From: an uncultured Clostridia bacterium
Lineage (GTDB): Bacteria; Bacillota; Clostridia; Christensenellales; Borkfalkiaceae
Assembly: GCA_930990665.1 (NCBI GenBank)
Contig: CAKNQN010000006.1
Span: 17,122-81,121, forward strand
Length of the DNA stretch: 64,000 nucleotides
Direction of reading: 5' to 3'
Position numbers and translations under genes: made by a program
Notes under the pieces: generated by a model
What the model saw: only the letters and a program-made list of their open reading frames with translations
Told to the model about the DNA's origin: nothing
Databases searched by the model: none
Shown here: piece after piece, positions 7,753-15,614 of the stretch
Numbering within the stretch: the first letter of the stretch is position 1
Layout: each line of letters begins with the position of its first letter

Positions 7753-10350
7753 CTACGCTAGAGGGCGGAAAAGGCTGCCGCCCGCGGGCACGCCGCCCCG
7801 CTCGAGGTAGCATTCCATGGCGTTGGCAAAAGAGTTGCTGACGGTGAGGCGGAGTTGGTTTTTTCCGGCGCCGAGCACGACTCTGAAATCGTACGGCGGG
7901 CAGATGCGGCGTTCGGAGGCGCCGCCGACGGAGAGTTCGGCCACGTCGCAGACGGCGGGGAAGCGCACGATGTACTCGCCCGCCTGCGGCACCTCGACGG
8001 GCAGAAGATATTCCGCCCCGCCCGAATAGAAGGGCTGGCCCTGTTCTGCCCACGAACCGCGCAGCACCAGCTCCCTGCGGCGGACGGAAAGCACCACCTG
8101 CGCCCTCTCCGGGACATAGATATCCACATTGAACAGCCCGCACAACTTTTTGTATTCCTTTTTGTCCGTCGTGACAGAAGCGTCGAACTCCCCTTCCAGG
8201 AAAATGCGGGCATGGAAGGGCAAGGGCGCGCCCTTCGTCAGGGTGAGCTTGTGTTCGCCCGGCGCGAGCGACGGCAGCGAAAAGCGCAGATACTCTTCCC
8301 CGAACACGCGCGTATGCACGGGAGCGGCAAGGTCGGTTTCGTCCAGCATGACCTGCCCGATCATCTTCTCGCAGGCGCGGGGAAGAAAGAGGCGGAGCCC
8401 CTTCAGCCGCGCCTCCGCGCGGAAGGGAAATTCGAGGCGGGGAGTATCTTCCGTTTTGAGGACGGTCTCTTCGCCGCAGCGGAACCACTCGAGGGGCAGA
8501 ATGTTCGGGCGGTCGAAACGCACCGCCGCCTTTTCGGGAAGATCGCACACAAATTCGCAGGCGGGCGTGTCCGGAAAATCGCAATACGTGGCTGAAATAT
8601 AGCGCACGTCGCCGGGATAAAGCACGAGCTCCTTCTCACGGCCGTAGGCATGCACCCTGCCGCGGATGGGCTCGCCGCTCTCGATGTTCGCAAGAAAGGC
8701 GAACTCTTCCCCGTCAATGACCCTGCGCGCAAAATGGGGCGTCCCCTCCCCTTCATACCGCACGTCGCAGGGGATCAGCGCGGAGAGCTTTTCCAATTCG
8801 TCCGCGCGGACGGGAAGAATCCCGCGCCCTTTCAGCGCGCGAAGGGTCTCTTCGGGAAGATCGATGCCCGCATACACGGCGGCGCGGAAACCGTATTCGT
8901 TCTGCAAAAGTTTTTTCGTGTCGCAGACGCAGAACCCGTAAGGCAGGCGGTTGAGCGCCGCAAACGCCGCAAAATATTCTCCCGAACGGTACTTCCCCCG
9001 CCACACGAACTCGGTGGGGTCGACGAGCGCGAAGGGACAGACGGGCTTTCCGCGCGAAAGAAGGCACGCAAGCCGCGCCAGCTCGTCGTTCAGCGGCTTC
9101 GTAGCGCGGTCGAGCATGCCCGCGGCGGAAAAATCGGGCGGCGCGAAGTATTTTGTCTCGCCCGTGAAGAGATGATGGTAGGCGTGCGGGACGATAAAAG
9201 TGACCCCCTGCATGAGCTGGTAGGCCGCGATCTGCCGCAGCACCGCCGGCGATACCCCGTAATTGGTGGCCGCAAACATCTCGCACATGACGCCCTTCTT
9301 CCCGTACTGAAAGGCGGTCGACGCCGCCTGTCTGGCGCGCAGATCGATGGATACATCGTAAAAATTCGTCATCTTGGGCATGTATTCGCGCTCTCCCCAG
9401 ATCACGTGCGGGGTATAGAAATTCTCGCGCGTGGTCGGCTTGGCGCTGTCGAGCGAATACATTTCCTGGTCGGTGCCGGGGTAATCGAAGTGCCGCTCCA
9501 GATCGGAAAACCGCCCCTCGGTAAAGCAGGAACTGCGCTGCGTTTCCTGCACGAGATAGGGCGAACTGTCACTCGTGTGGCCCGTATATTGCAGGCCGTT
9601 TTCCCGCAGCCAGGCATGGTGCGCCGCGAACCAGCCCTGCATCAGCCTGCCCGCGTGCTCCCAGTAGTCCACCGCCTGCGGAACGTCCTCCCGCCGCAGA
9701 ACGGCGGGCATCCAGGGCAGGATGTCGTACCCGTATGCGGCGCGGAAACTCTCCGCAAAGTCGCTCGACCAGGGAAAATAGTCGCGCATGGGACTGTTTT
9801 CGTCAAAGAGAACGAGCGCGTTGACCCGTCGGTTGTCCGAATCGGAAAAAAAGCCCGCGATGGGGTCGCCGAAATAGTTTCCCAGCCGCTTTTTGTACTC
9901 TTCATAGACGAATTTTATGAAAAGACGGGTGGAAAGAGGCTCTTCAAAGGCGGGAAAACCCCAGTCCGCCTCGACCACCACGGGCCGGTCCCCCTCCAGA
10001 CGGATATGCCGCTGTTTCAGATGCGGAGCCGCGGCGCGAACCCGGCCGGCCACGTCTCCCGGCGGAAAGTCGAAACCGTCGTTGATCCAGAGCGCGAGCG
10101 AGAGCTCGCGGCAGGCTCGGGCGGCATTTTCGACCATGGCAAACCAGCCGTCGCTCAGATAGTTGGACGCGTCGAATCCGTGCGGCGGTTTGTTGAACAG
10201 GACGATCCCCCCGAATCCGCGCGATTTGAGATGAGAAAGAGTGCGGCGGAACTTTTGCAGCGTGAGATCTTCCGGCCGCGACGACGTGATAAAATAAAAA
10301 GGCTTGGGACGGAAAGGAAAGATCTCCTTTTCCGAAAGAGGGTATTCCAT
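7753..10350 (-). CDS. GH106-like glycoside hydrolase (alpha-L-rhamnosidase-like)
   Basis: Start reassigned to ATG 10350 (MEYPLSEKE, GGAGGA RBS). Motifs GFGGIVL, YLSDGWF, LWINDGFDFPPG, GFFSD, ASTAFQYGK, MCEMF and GQPFYSG. Confidence 0.75.
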   Translation of the reverse strand: MEYPLSEKEIFPFRPKPFYFITSSRPEDLTLQKFRRTLSHLKSRGFGGIVLFNKPPHGFDASNYLSDGWFAMVENAARACRELSLALWINDGFDFPPGDVAGRVRAAAPHLKQRHIRLEGDRPVVVEADWGFPAFEEPLSTRLFIKFVYEEYKKRLGNYFGDPIAGFFSDSDNRRVNALVLFDENSPMRDYFPWSSDFAESFRAAYGYDILPWMPAVLRREDVPQAVDYWEHAGRLMQGWFAAHHAWLRENGLQYTGHTSDSSPYLVQETQRSSCFTEGRFSDLERHFDYPGTDQEMYSLDSAKPTTRENFYTPHVIWGEREYMPKMTNFYDVSIDLRARQAASTAFQYGKKGVMCEMFAATNYGVSPAVLRQIAAYQLMQGVTFIVPHAYHHLFTGETKYFAPPDFSAAGMLDRATKPLNDELARLACLLSRGKPVCPFALVDPTEFVWRGKYRSGEYFAAFAALNRLPYGFCVCDTKKLLQNEYGFRAAVYAGIDLPEETLRALKGRGILPVRADELEKLSALIPCDVRYEGEGTPHFARRVIDGEEFAFLANIESGEPIRGRVHAYGREKELVLYPGDVRYISATYCDFPDTPACEFVCDLPEKAAVRFDRPNILPLEWFRCGEETVLKTEDTPRLEFPFRAEARLKGLRLFLPRACEKMIGQVMLDETDLAAPVHTRVFGEEYLRFSLPSLAPGEHKLTLTKGAPLPFHARIFLEGEFDASVTTDKKEYKKLCGLFNVDIYVPERAQVVLSVRRRELVLRGSWAEQGQPFYSGGAEYLLPVEVPQAGEYIVRFPAVCDVAELSVGGASERRICPPYDFRVVLGAGKNQLRLTVSNSFANAMECYLERGGVPAGGSLFRPLA

Positions 10351-10398
10351 GCAGTCCTCCCGCAAGCGCGCCCCCGCGGCGCGCAGAGTTTTGAAAGC

Positions 10399-10427
10399 AT
10401 TATACAGGAGCCGCGCGCGTTTTTCAA
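10399..10427 (-). promoter_or_regulatory. sigmaA-type promoter of the GH106-like gene
   Basis: TTGAAA-N17-TATAAT on the minus strand. Confidence 0.6.
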
Positions 10428-10486
10428 GCAAAATGCAAAAATTTATTTGCAAAAAATTTGCACCCGCACCGCAGTCCCCCCCCTGC

Positions 10487-10707
10487 GCCGACCGACAAGG
10501 CCCGCAGAGGGCAATCGTGTTGCCGATCGACAAGGCCCGCGGCGGGGCGCACATCTTACCAACGGACAAGGCTTACAGAGTTTTTTTGCCGACCGACAAG
10601 GCCCGCAGAGGGCAATCGTGTTGCCGACCGACAAGGCCCGCAGCGGGGCGCACATCTTACCGACGGACAAGGCTTACAGAGTTTCTTTGCCGACCGACAA
10701 GGCCCGC
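10487..10707. repeat. higher-order tandem repeat: 101-bp unit of 35+36+30-bp subunits, about 2.2 copies
   Basis: Core, consensus GCCGACCGACAAGGC with up to 3 substitutions, at 10487, 10522, 10558, 10588, 10623, 10659 and 10689. Confidence 0.9.
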
Positions 10708-10745
10708 GGCAGAGCCGCTTTCTTTGTGCCGATCCCGCAAAAGAC

Positions 10746-10780
10746 AAAAAGGAGGGCCCGGCGCTCGGCCGGGCCCTCCC
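10746..10780 (-). terminator. rho-independent terminator closing the long minus-strand PUL operon
   Basis: Minus strand GGAGGGCCCGGC-CGAGC-GCCGGGCCCTCC then TTTTT. Confidence 0.7.
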
Positions 10781-11013
10781 GCATGTTCAAAATAGATATT
10801 TCCCGCAAGAACAGGGCTGCTCCGCTGACCAAAGGGAGCGCACGGCCGCTTTACGGAATGGCTGCCTGCCGAAAAATCCATCGATACCCGTCAAAAACTT
10901 ACAGCGGAGAATGGGTTTGCCCCCTGTCGGAGGAGCGGTTTTTCACTGCAAGAAGGGAGCGCACGGCAGCTTTCCGTTCCATGCAGGCAGGTTTTCCTTT
11001 CGGGCGCAGTCGT

Positions 11014-12798
11014 TCAGCGGACGGTGCGGCGGCGGAGAAGCAGGAGGGCGGCGGCGGTCAGGACGACGCCTGCGGCCGCGGCGGAAGGGAGAGCAGACGC
11101 ACTGCACCCGCCCGCGGGCGCGGGATCCTGCTGCTGTGCGGCCACGCTGACCGCGACGGGTTCGGAATACAGGGTATAAGAGAGCCCCTCCTCACCCGTA
11201 AAAGTGTATTTGAGCATGACGACCGCCTCGCCGCGGCCGGCATAGTACTTGCCTTCGGCGTTTTGCAGGATGGTCATCGTGCCGGATACGGTCACATATT
11301 CACAGGAGACCTGCGTGCGGCTGCCGCTTTGGGTGACCAGCCAGGCGGTGATGTCGACCGCCTCCGCGTCGGTGCGCGGGAGGAGGATATCCTCGGCTTC
11401 CAGGCGCACGGCGTAGTCGGAAGAGCGATCGGCATAGTCGGTGGTGATGCCGTTGATGCCGTTCATGTACGCCTTGTCGAAATCCTGCGTGTTCGGGTAC
11501 GTCCACGGCCAGACGGTGATGCCGCGCGCCGCCATCTGCCGCACCTGATCGAGGGTGACAAACTGATAGCCGGGGTTATAGGTCGCGTTGTACGGCGCGA
11601 TCTGGCTGTTGGCCTCGGCGGCATCTGTGCCCTCGGCGGAGTTGAACAGATACCCCACCGAAAGCGCGGGGATCTGCTCGTGCACCCGCGCGAGCTGGTC
11701 GCTCAGAAAGGAGATGACGACCACCTGATCGGACACGCCGCACTCCTCGATGAGCGCTTTGAGCGCGGGAACGATCTCGGGGCGGGAAGACTTGATCTCG
11801 ACAAAATGCACGAGGTCGGTATCCTTGAACTCCTCGAAAAATTCACGAAGGGTGGCGATGGGACGGTTCTGCCCGCCGCCGCCCATGTCCACTTCGTATT
11901 GCAGGACCTCTTCGAGGGTCATTTCCTCGATGTTGCCCGTGCCGGTGGTGGTGTTGTCGAGCATGATGTCGTGGTTGATGACGATCTCCCCGTCGGCGGT
12001 GAGATAGATGTCGCATTCCACCGCGTCAGCGCCGGCCTCGTACGCGAGGCGGGCGGCGGCAAGGGTGTTCTGCTTTTCGCTGTAAATGCCGCGGTGCCCC
12101 ACGACCATCGGAAAATGCAGGAGCGTGCCCTCGTCAAACAGCGAAAGGAGGTCGTATGCCTGCTGCGCATCCTGCACGAGTATGCCGTTGCAGCCCGCGA
12201 CGGCCGCCGCGTAAAAGGCCTCGTCCGTGTCGGCCGCGGCCCACACGGTCATCAGCCGTTCCTGCAGCCAGCGGACGTCTTCGCCGTTCACCTGTTCCTC
12301 TCCCAAAAGTACGATCTTCGCATCCGACGCATTGGCGAGGTCGCGCATCGAAAAGGGCTCCGCCTCCTTTCCGCGGAAGTCCAAAAGCCCCTGCACCTGC
12401 GTGCAGCTCTCGCGCATGGACGCGACCAGTTCCGCACTGTCGGAGGCGAGGATGCAATCGGTCAACTTCTCCTGCGCGACATAAGCCGCGACGGCGTCGG
12501 CGGCCGCCTGTTCGGAAACGTACAGGACGGGCACCGCCTTCCCCGACAGCTCTTCCAGCGCCGCGGACAGGCTGACCCCGCCGGGCAGGTTCAGCTGCGC
12601 GTCCGGATACAGAAATACGTCGGCGGGCGGTTCGGCGGTGTCGGCGACGCCCTCCGCATAGTCGGCGGCGATGACGGGCGGGAGCGCGATGCCGCACTCC
12701 TTTTCATACACCGCGGCAGGCGCGGCGGACGCCGGAACAAAGGCGACGGCCACGGCGGCGCAGAGCGCGATCGCCGCGAGCGACAACAACTTTTTCAT
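11014..12798 (-). CDS. surface-anchored glycerophosphodiester phosphodiesterase (GDPD)
   Basis: Signal peptide; VGHRG, QNTLAA, ECDIYLTADGEIVINHD, VEIK, VISF, WT..GINGITTD; degenerate N-terminal GDPD-like half; C-terminal GGCS + TM + RRR. Confidence 0.85.
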   Translation of the reverse strand: MKKLLSLAAIALCAAVAVAFVPASAAPAAVYEKECGIALPPVIAADYAEGVADTAEPPADVFLYPDAQLNLPGGVSLSAALEELSGKAVPVLYVSEQAAADAVAAYVAQEKLTDCILASDSAELVASMRESCTQVQGLLDFRGKEAEPFSMRDLANASDAKIVLLGEEQVNGEDVRWLQERLMTVWAAADTDEAFYAAAVAGCNGILVQDAQQAYDLLSLFDEGTLLHFPMVVGHRGIYSEKQNTLAAARLAYEAGADAVECDIYLTADGEIVINHDIMLDNTTTGTGNIEEMTLEEVLQYEVDMGGGGQNRPIATLREFFEEFKDTDLVHFVEIKSSRPEIVPALKALIEECGVSDQVVVISFLSDQLARVHEQIPALSVGYLFNSAEGTDAAEANSQIAPYNATYNPGYQFVTLDQVRQMAARGITVWPWTYPNTQDFDKAYMNGINGITTDYADRSSDYAVRLEAEDILLPRTDAEAVDITAWLVTQSGSRTQVSCEYVTVSGTMTILQNAEGKYYAGRGEAVVMLKYTFTGEEGLSYTLYSEPVAVSVAAQQQDPAPAGGCSASALPSAAAAGVVLTAAALLLLRRRTVR

Positions 12799-12827
12799 GA
12801 TCTTTTCTCCGAAAACGGCCGCACGAT

Positions 12828-12960
12828 GAGGGCGGCCGCGTTTTTTTAGACAGATTGTGCTTGTTCAGATCTTTCGGGGCCGCGCCGCGGAAAAACGAGG
12901 GCGGCCGCGTTTTTTCAGACAGATTGTGCTTGTTCAGATCTTTCGGGGCCGCGCCGCGGA
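12828..12960. repeat. 64-bp direct repeat, two copies, period 69
   Basis: GAGGGCGGCCGCGTTTTTT(T/C)AGACAGATTGTGCTTGTTCAGATCTTTCGGGGCCGCGCCGCGGA at 12828 and 12897. The second copy contains the GH78 stop codon. Confidence 0.9.
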
Positions 12961-15540
12961 TGACGGCAGCCTCTTCCCCTCGCTTCGGACGGGTGTACGC
13001 CGCGAAAGCGTTGCCGCAGCTTCCTGCTCGCAGGGCGCGCTGACCTCGACGGTGAATTCGCCGTTCGTCAGGTGCAGGACATCCCGCGCGCAGCTTCCGC
13101 CGCAGGAGAGCAGCATGCCCGGCACACGGACGACGAGGGAGGTGTTCCCGGGCGTGGAGATGCGCAAAAGGATCTTATCCCCCGCCCTCTCCCATGCGGA
13201 ACAGATCCTGCCCCGCACCGTTTCCAGTTCCGCCTGCGCCGATGTGAGCGAAGAGGGAAACAGCGGCTGCACGACGATGTCGCCGAAGGCGCCGGCGCAT
13301 TCTTCGGTGCGGATGCCCGCCACATAGTTGTACAGAAAGCCGTCGTACCCCGCAAACATCGGGTGGTCGAAAGAGTGCATATCCGTGGCGACGTCCGATT
13401 CCCAGCGTTCCCAGACGGTGGTCGCGCCCTTTTCGAGCATGTACCCCCAGCCGGGGTATTCCCTGTTTTGCAGAAGTTTGATGAGCGTTTCGCCGTGGCC
13501 GTATTCTGCCAGGCGGTAGAGAAGGTGCCGATAGCCCTGGTTGCCGCACGTCATGTGATAGCCGCGGGCCGCGATGTCTTCGGCGGCGCGTTTCGCCCAC
13601 CCCGCACACAGCGCGCGCTCTTCGGGAAAGACGGTCATCGCGACGGCGCATTCCGTCTGCGATCCGCTGCCGATCACGCCCGTGGAAACGTCGAGATAGC
13701 GGCGGAAAAATGCCTCTTTGCCCCGCTTGCGGCGGGCACGCCATTTCTTTTCGTCCGCCGTTTTTCCGAGTACGTGTGCCGCTTTTTCGGTCAATTCCAG
13801 GTTCCAGAGGTAATACGCGCCCGCCATGAACTGCGGCGTGACCTGCGCCGAATGGGTGCCGTCTCCGCCCGTGGAATATTCCAGCGCGGGACACCAGTCG
13901 CCGTAGATCCCCCACTCGACCACCCCGTCCTTTTCATAGCCCGCGAGGCAGTCGTTCCAGCGGCAGAAGCCGTCGTAATTATCGGCAAGCACGCGCGCGT
14001 CGCCGTAAAAGAGATAGGCGAGCCAGCCAAGAAGCGGGTAGGCATCCACCGCATCGGCGACGGAGGACCCGACGCTGAAGGGCACGGTATCCCCGATCGC
14101 GCCCGAAGAGGTCTGGGTATCGGTGATCATGTTCACGAAATTGGGCAGAAAGCTGCGCAGATCGAAGTTGCAGAGCGATTCGAAGATGCGGGAAGACATG
14201 TCGTTCAGCCACGCCAGCCGCTCGTCCCGCTGCGGGCAGTCGGTGAATACGCCGTTGAGGTTGTTGGATTCGGTGAGCGCCGCCATCTCGTGCAGCGCGT
14301 TCAGGCGGGGATCGGAACAGGAAAAACTGCCCGCGCGCCCGATCGCCGAGCGCAGGTGCTGGGCGAGCACGCCGCAAACTTCGGCATTGCCCTCCGCGCT
14401 GATCTCGGCATAGCGGAAGCCGTGGTAGGTAAAGGCGGGCGCGTACTCTTCCTCCCCTTCGCCGGAGAGGATATACACGTCGCGGCTGCGCGCGGTGCGA
14501 AGGTTCGCACGGGACAGCCGCCCGTCCTTTCCGAGGATCTCCGCATAGCGGACGGTCACCTTTGCGCCGCGTTCGCCGCGCACGCGGATGCGCAGCCAGC
14601 CGCAGATGTTTTTCCCCGCGTCCACCGTCATCCTGCCCTCTTCCGTGCGCACCGATGCGGGCGCAAACGACTGCACCGCGCGCATGGGCGGTATGGGACA
14701 GGCACACAGCCTGCCCGCCGGCGGCTCCACACAGTAGGCCGCGACAAATTCTTCCGTCGAGACGGGATAGGAAGGCAGGTATTTGCGGAAGGGAATGCGC
14801 GCGTCGAACACTTCGCCGCCGTACACACTGTTTTCGCTCACGCGGCCGCAGCTGACGTTCCACACACGCCCCGCAAACGTGGGGATGACCGTGGTGGTGC
14901 CGTCCGCGTATTCGAGAAAGAGTTCGGCGCACATCTTTTTCGCGCCGTAAAAGCCGTAGCCCAGCTCGACGCAGAGGGCGTTGGCCCCCTCGCGGACGCG
15001 CAGGGCGTGCGTGCGATAGTACACCCGCTTGCGATAGTCGGATACGGCGCCGTCAAAATATCCGTCGTCGACGAGTTCGCCGTTCAGATAACAGCGGCTG
15101 CAGCCGAGTGCGGCCAGATACAGCCGCGCCCGCCGCACCTCCTTTTCCGGGGTAAAATCCAGGCGCACGAGGTCGGTCGCACCCTGGTAGGCCATGGGCA
15201 TGCCGATCCACACGGCGCCGGGCATGGGTTCGCCGATGTAGGCCGTTTCAAAGGAGGATGCCGCGCTGCCCGCATTCGTCTCCACTGACCAGTAGTAAAC
15301 GCGGCGGGAGCCGAGCGGCCGACCCGCATACACGGCGTACTGCTTTCCCGAACGGACTACGCCGCTGTCCCACAAGTCCGGCTTGCCGGCAGCCAGCGCC
15401 TCCTCCGATGCGGCCACGCGCACACGGTACCATGCCTGGTATATGCCGCCCGCCGGAAGTTTCCAGGAAAAATGCGGGGCAGCCGTATCGATGCCGAGAG
15501 GGGTTTCCCGCCCCTCCGTTCTCAAATCAAATATTTCCAT
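12934..15540 (-). CDS. alpha-L-rhamnosidase (GH78, multidomain)
   Basis: PLGID..PHFSW N-terminus, FTYHGFRY, TDCPQRDERLAWLND, GDW, GATTVWERW, SFDHPM. Confidence 0.9.
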   Translation of the reverse strand: MEIFDLRTEGRETPLGIDTAAPHFSWKLPAGGIYQAWYRVRVAASEEALAAGKPDLWDSGVVRSGKQYAVYAGRPLGSRRVYYWSVETNAGSAASSFETAYIGEPMPGAVWIGMPMAYQGATDLVRLDFTPEKEVRRARLYLAALGCSRCYLNGELVDDGYFDGAVSDYRKRVYYRTHALRVREGANALCVELGYGFYGAKKMCAELFLEYADGTTTVIPTFAGRVWNVSCGRVSENSVYGGEVFDARIPFRKYLPSYPVSTEEFVAAYCVEPPAGRLCACPIPPMRAVQSFAPASVRTEEGRMTVDAGKNICGWLRIRVRGERGAKVTVRYAEILGKDGRLSRANLRTARSRDVYILSGEGEEEYAPAFTYHGFRYAEISAEGNAEVCGVLAQHLRSAIGRAGSFSCSDPRLNALHEMAALTESNNLNGVFTDCPQRDERLAWLNDMSSRIFESLCNFDLRSFLPNFVNMITDTQTSSGAIGDTVPFSVGSSVADAVDAYPLLGWLAYLFYGDARVLADNYDGFCRWNDCLAGYEKDGVVEWGIYGDWCPALEYSTGGDGTHSAQVTPQFMAGAYYLWNLELTEKAAHVLGKTADEKKWRARRKRGKEAFFRRYLDVSTGVIGSGSQTECAVAMTVFPEERALCAGWAKRAAEDIAARGYHMTCGNQGYRHLLYRLAEYGHGETLIKLLQNREYPGWGYMLEKGATTVWERWESDVATDMHSFDHPMFAGYDGFLYNYVAGIRTEECAGAFGDIVVQPLFPSSLTSAQAELETVRGRICSAWERAGDKILLRISTPGNTSLVVRVPGMLLSCGGSCARDVLHLTNGEFTVEVSAPCEQEAAATLSRRTPVRSEGKRLPSSAARPRKI

Positions 15541-15614
15541 GCAAGTCTGATAGGCAAGAGTGCGCAGAATTTTCTTCCGCGCACTCCGCCGGGTATTCCG
15601 TTAAGTTGCGCTTG

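Noticed and set aside
10351-10569. N-terminal extension of the GH106-like ORF
   Set aside because: It runs through the promoter and repeat array. The RBS supports ATG 10350.
10487-10707. CRISPR array
   Set aside because: The core is only ~15-19 nt, the linkers are ~11-21 nt and are themselves repeated, and there are no cas genes in the window.
8650-12849. 1399-aa plus-strand ORF
   Set aside because: Antisense shadow of the GH106-like and GDPD genes that reads through repeats and a terminator; no motifs or RBS; expected in high-GC DNA.
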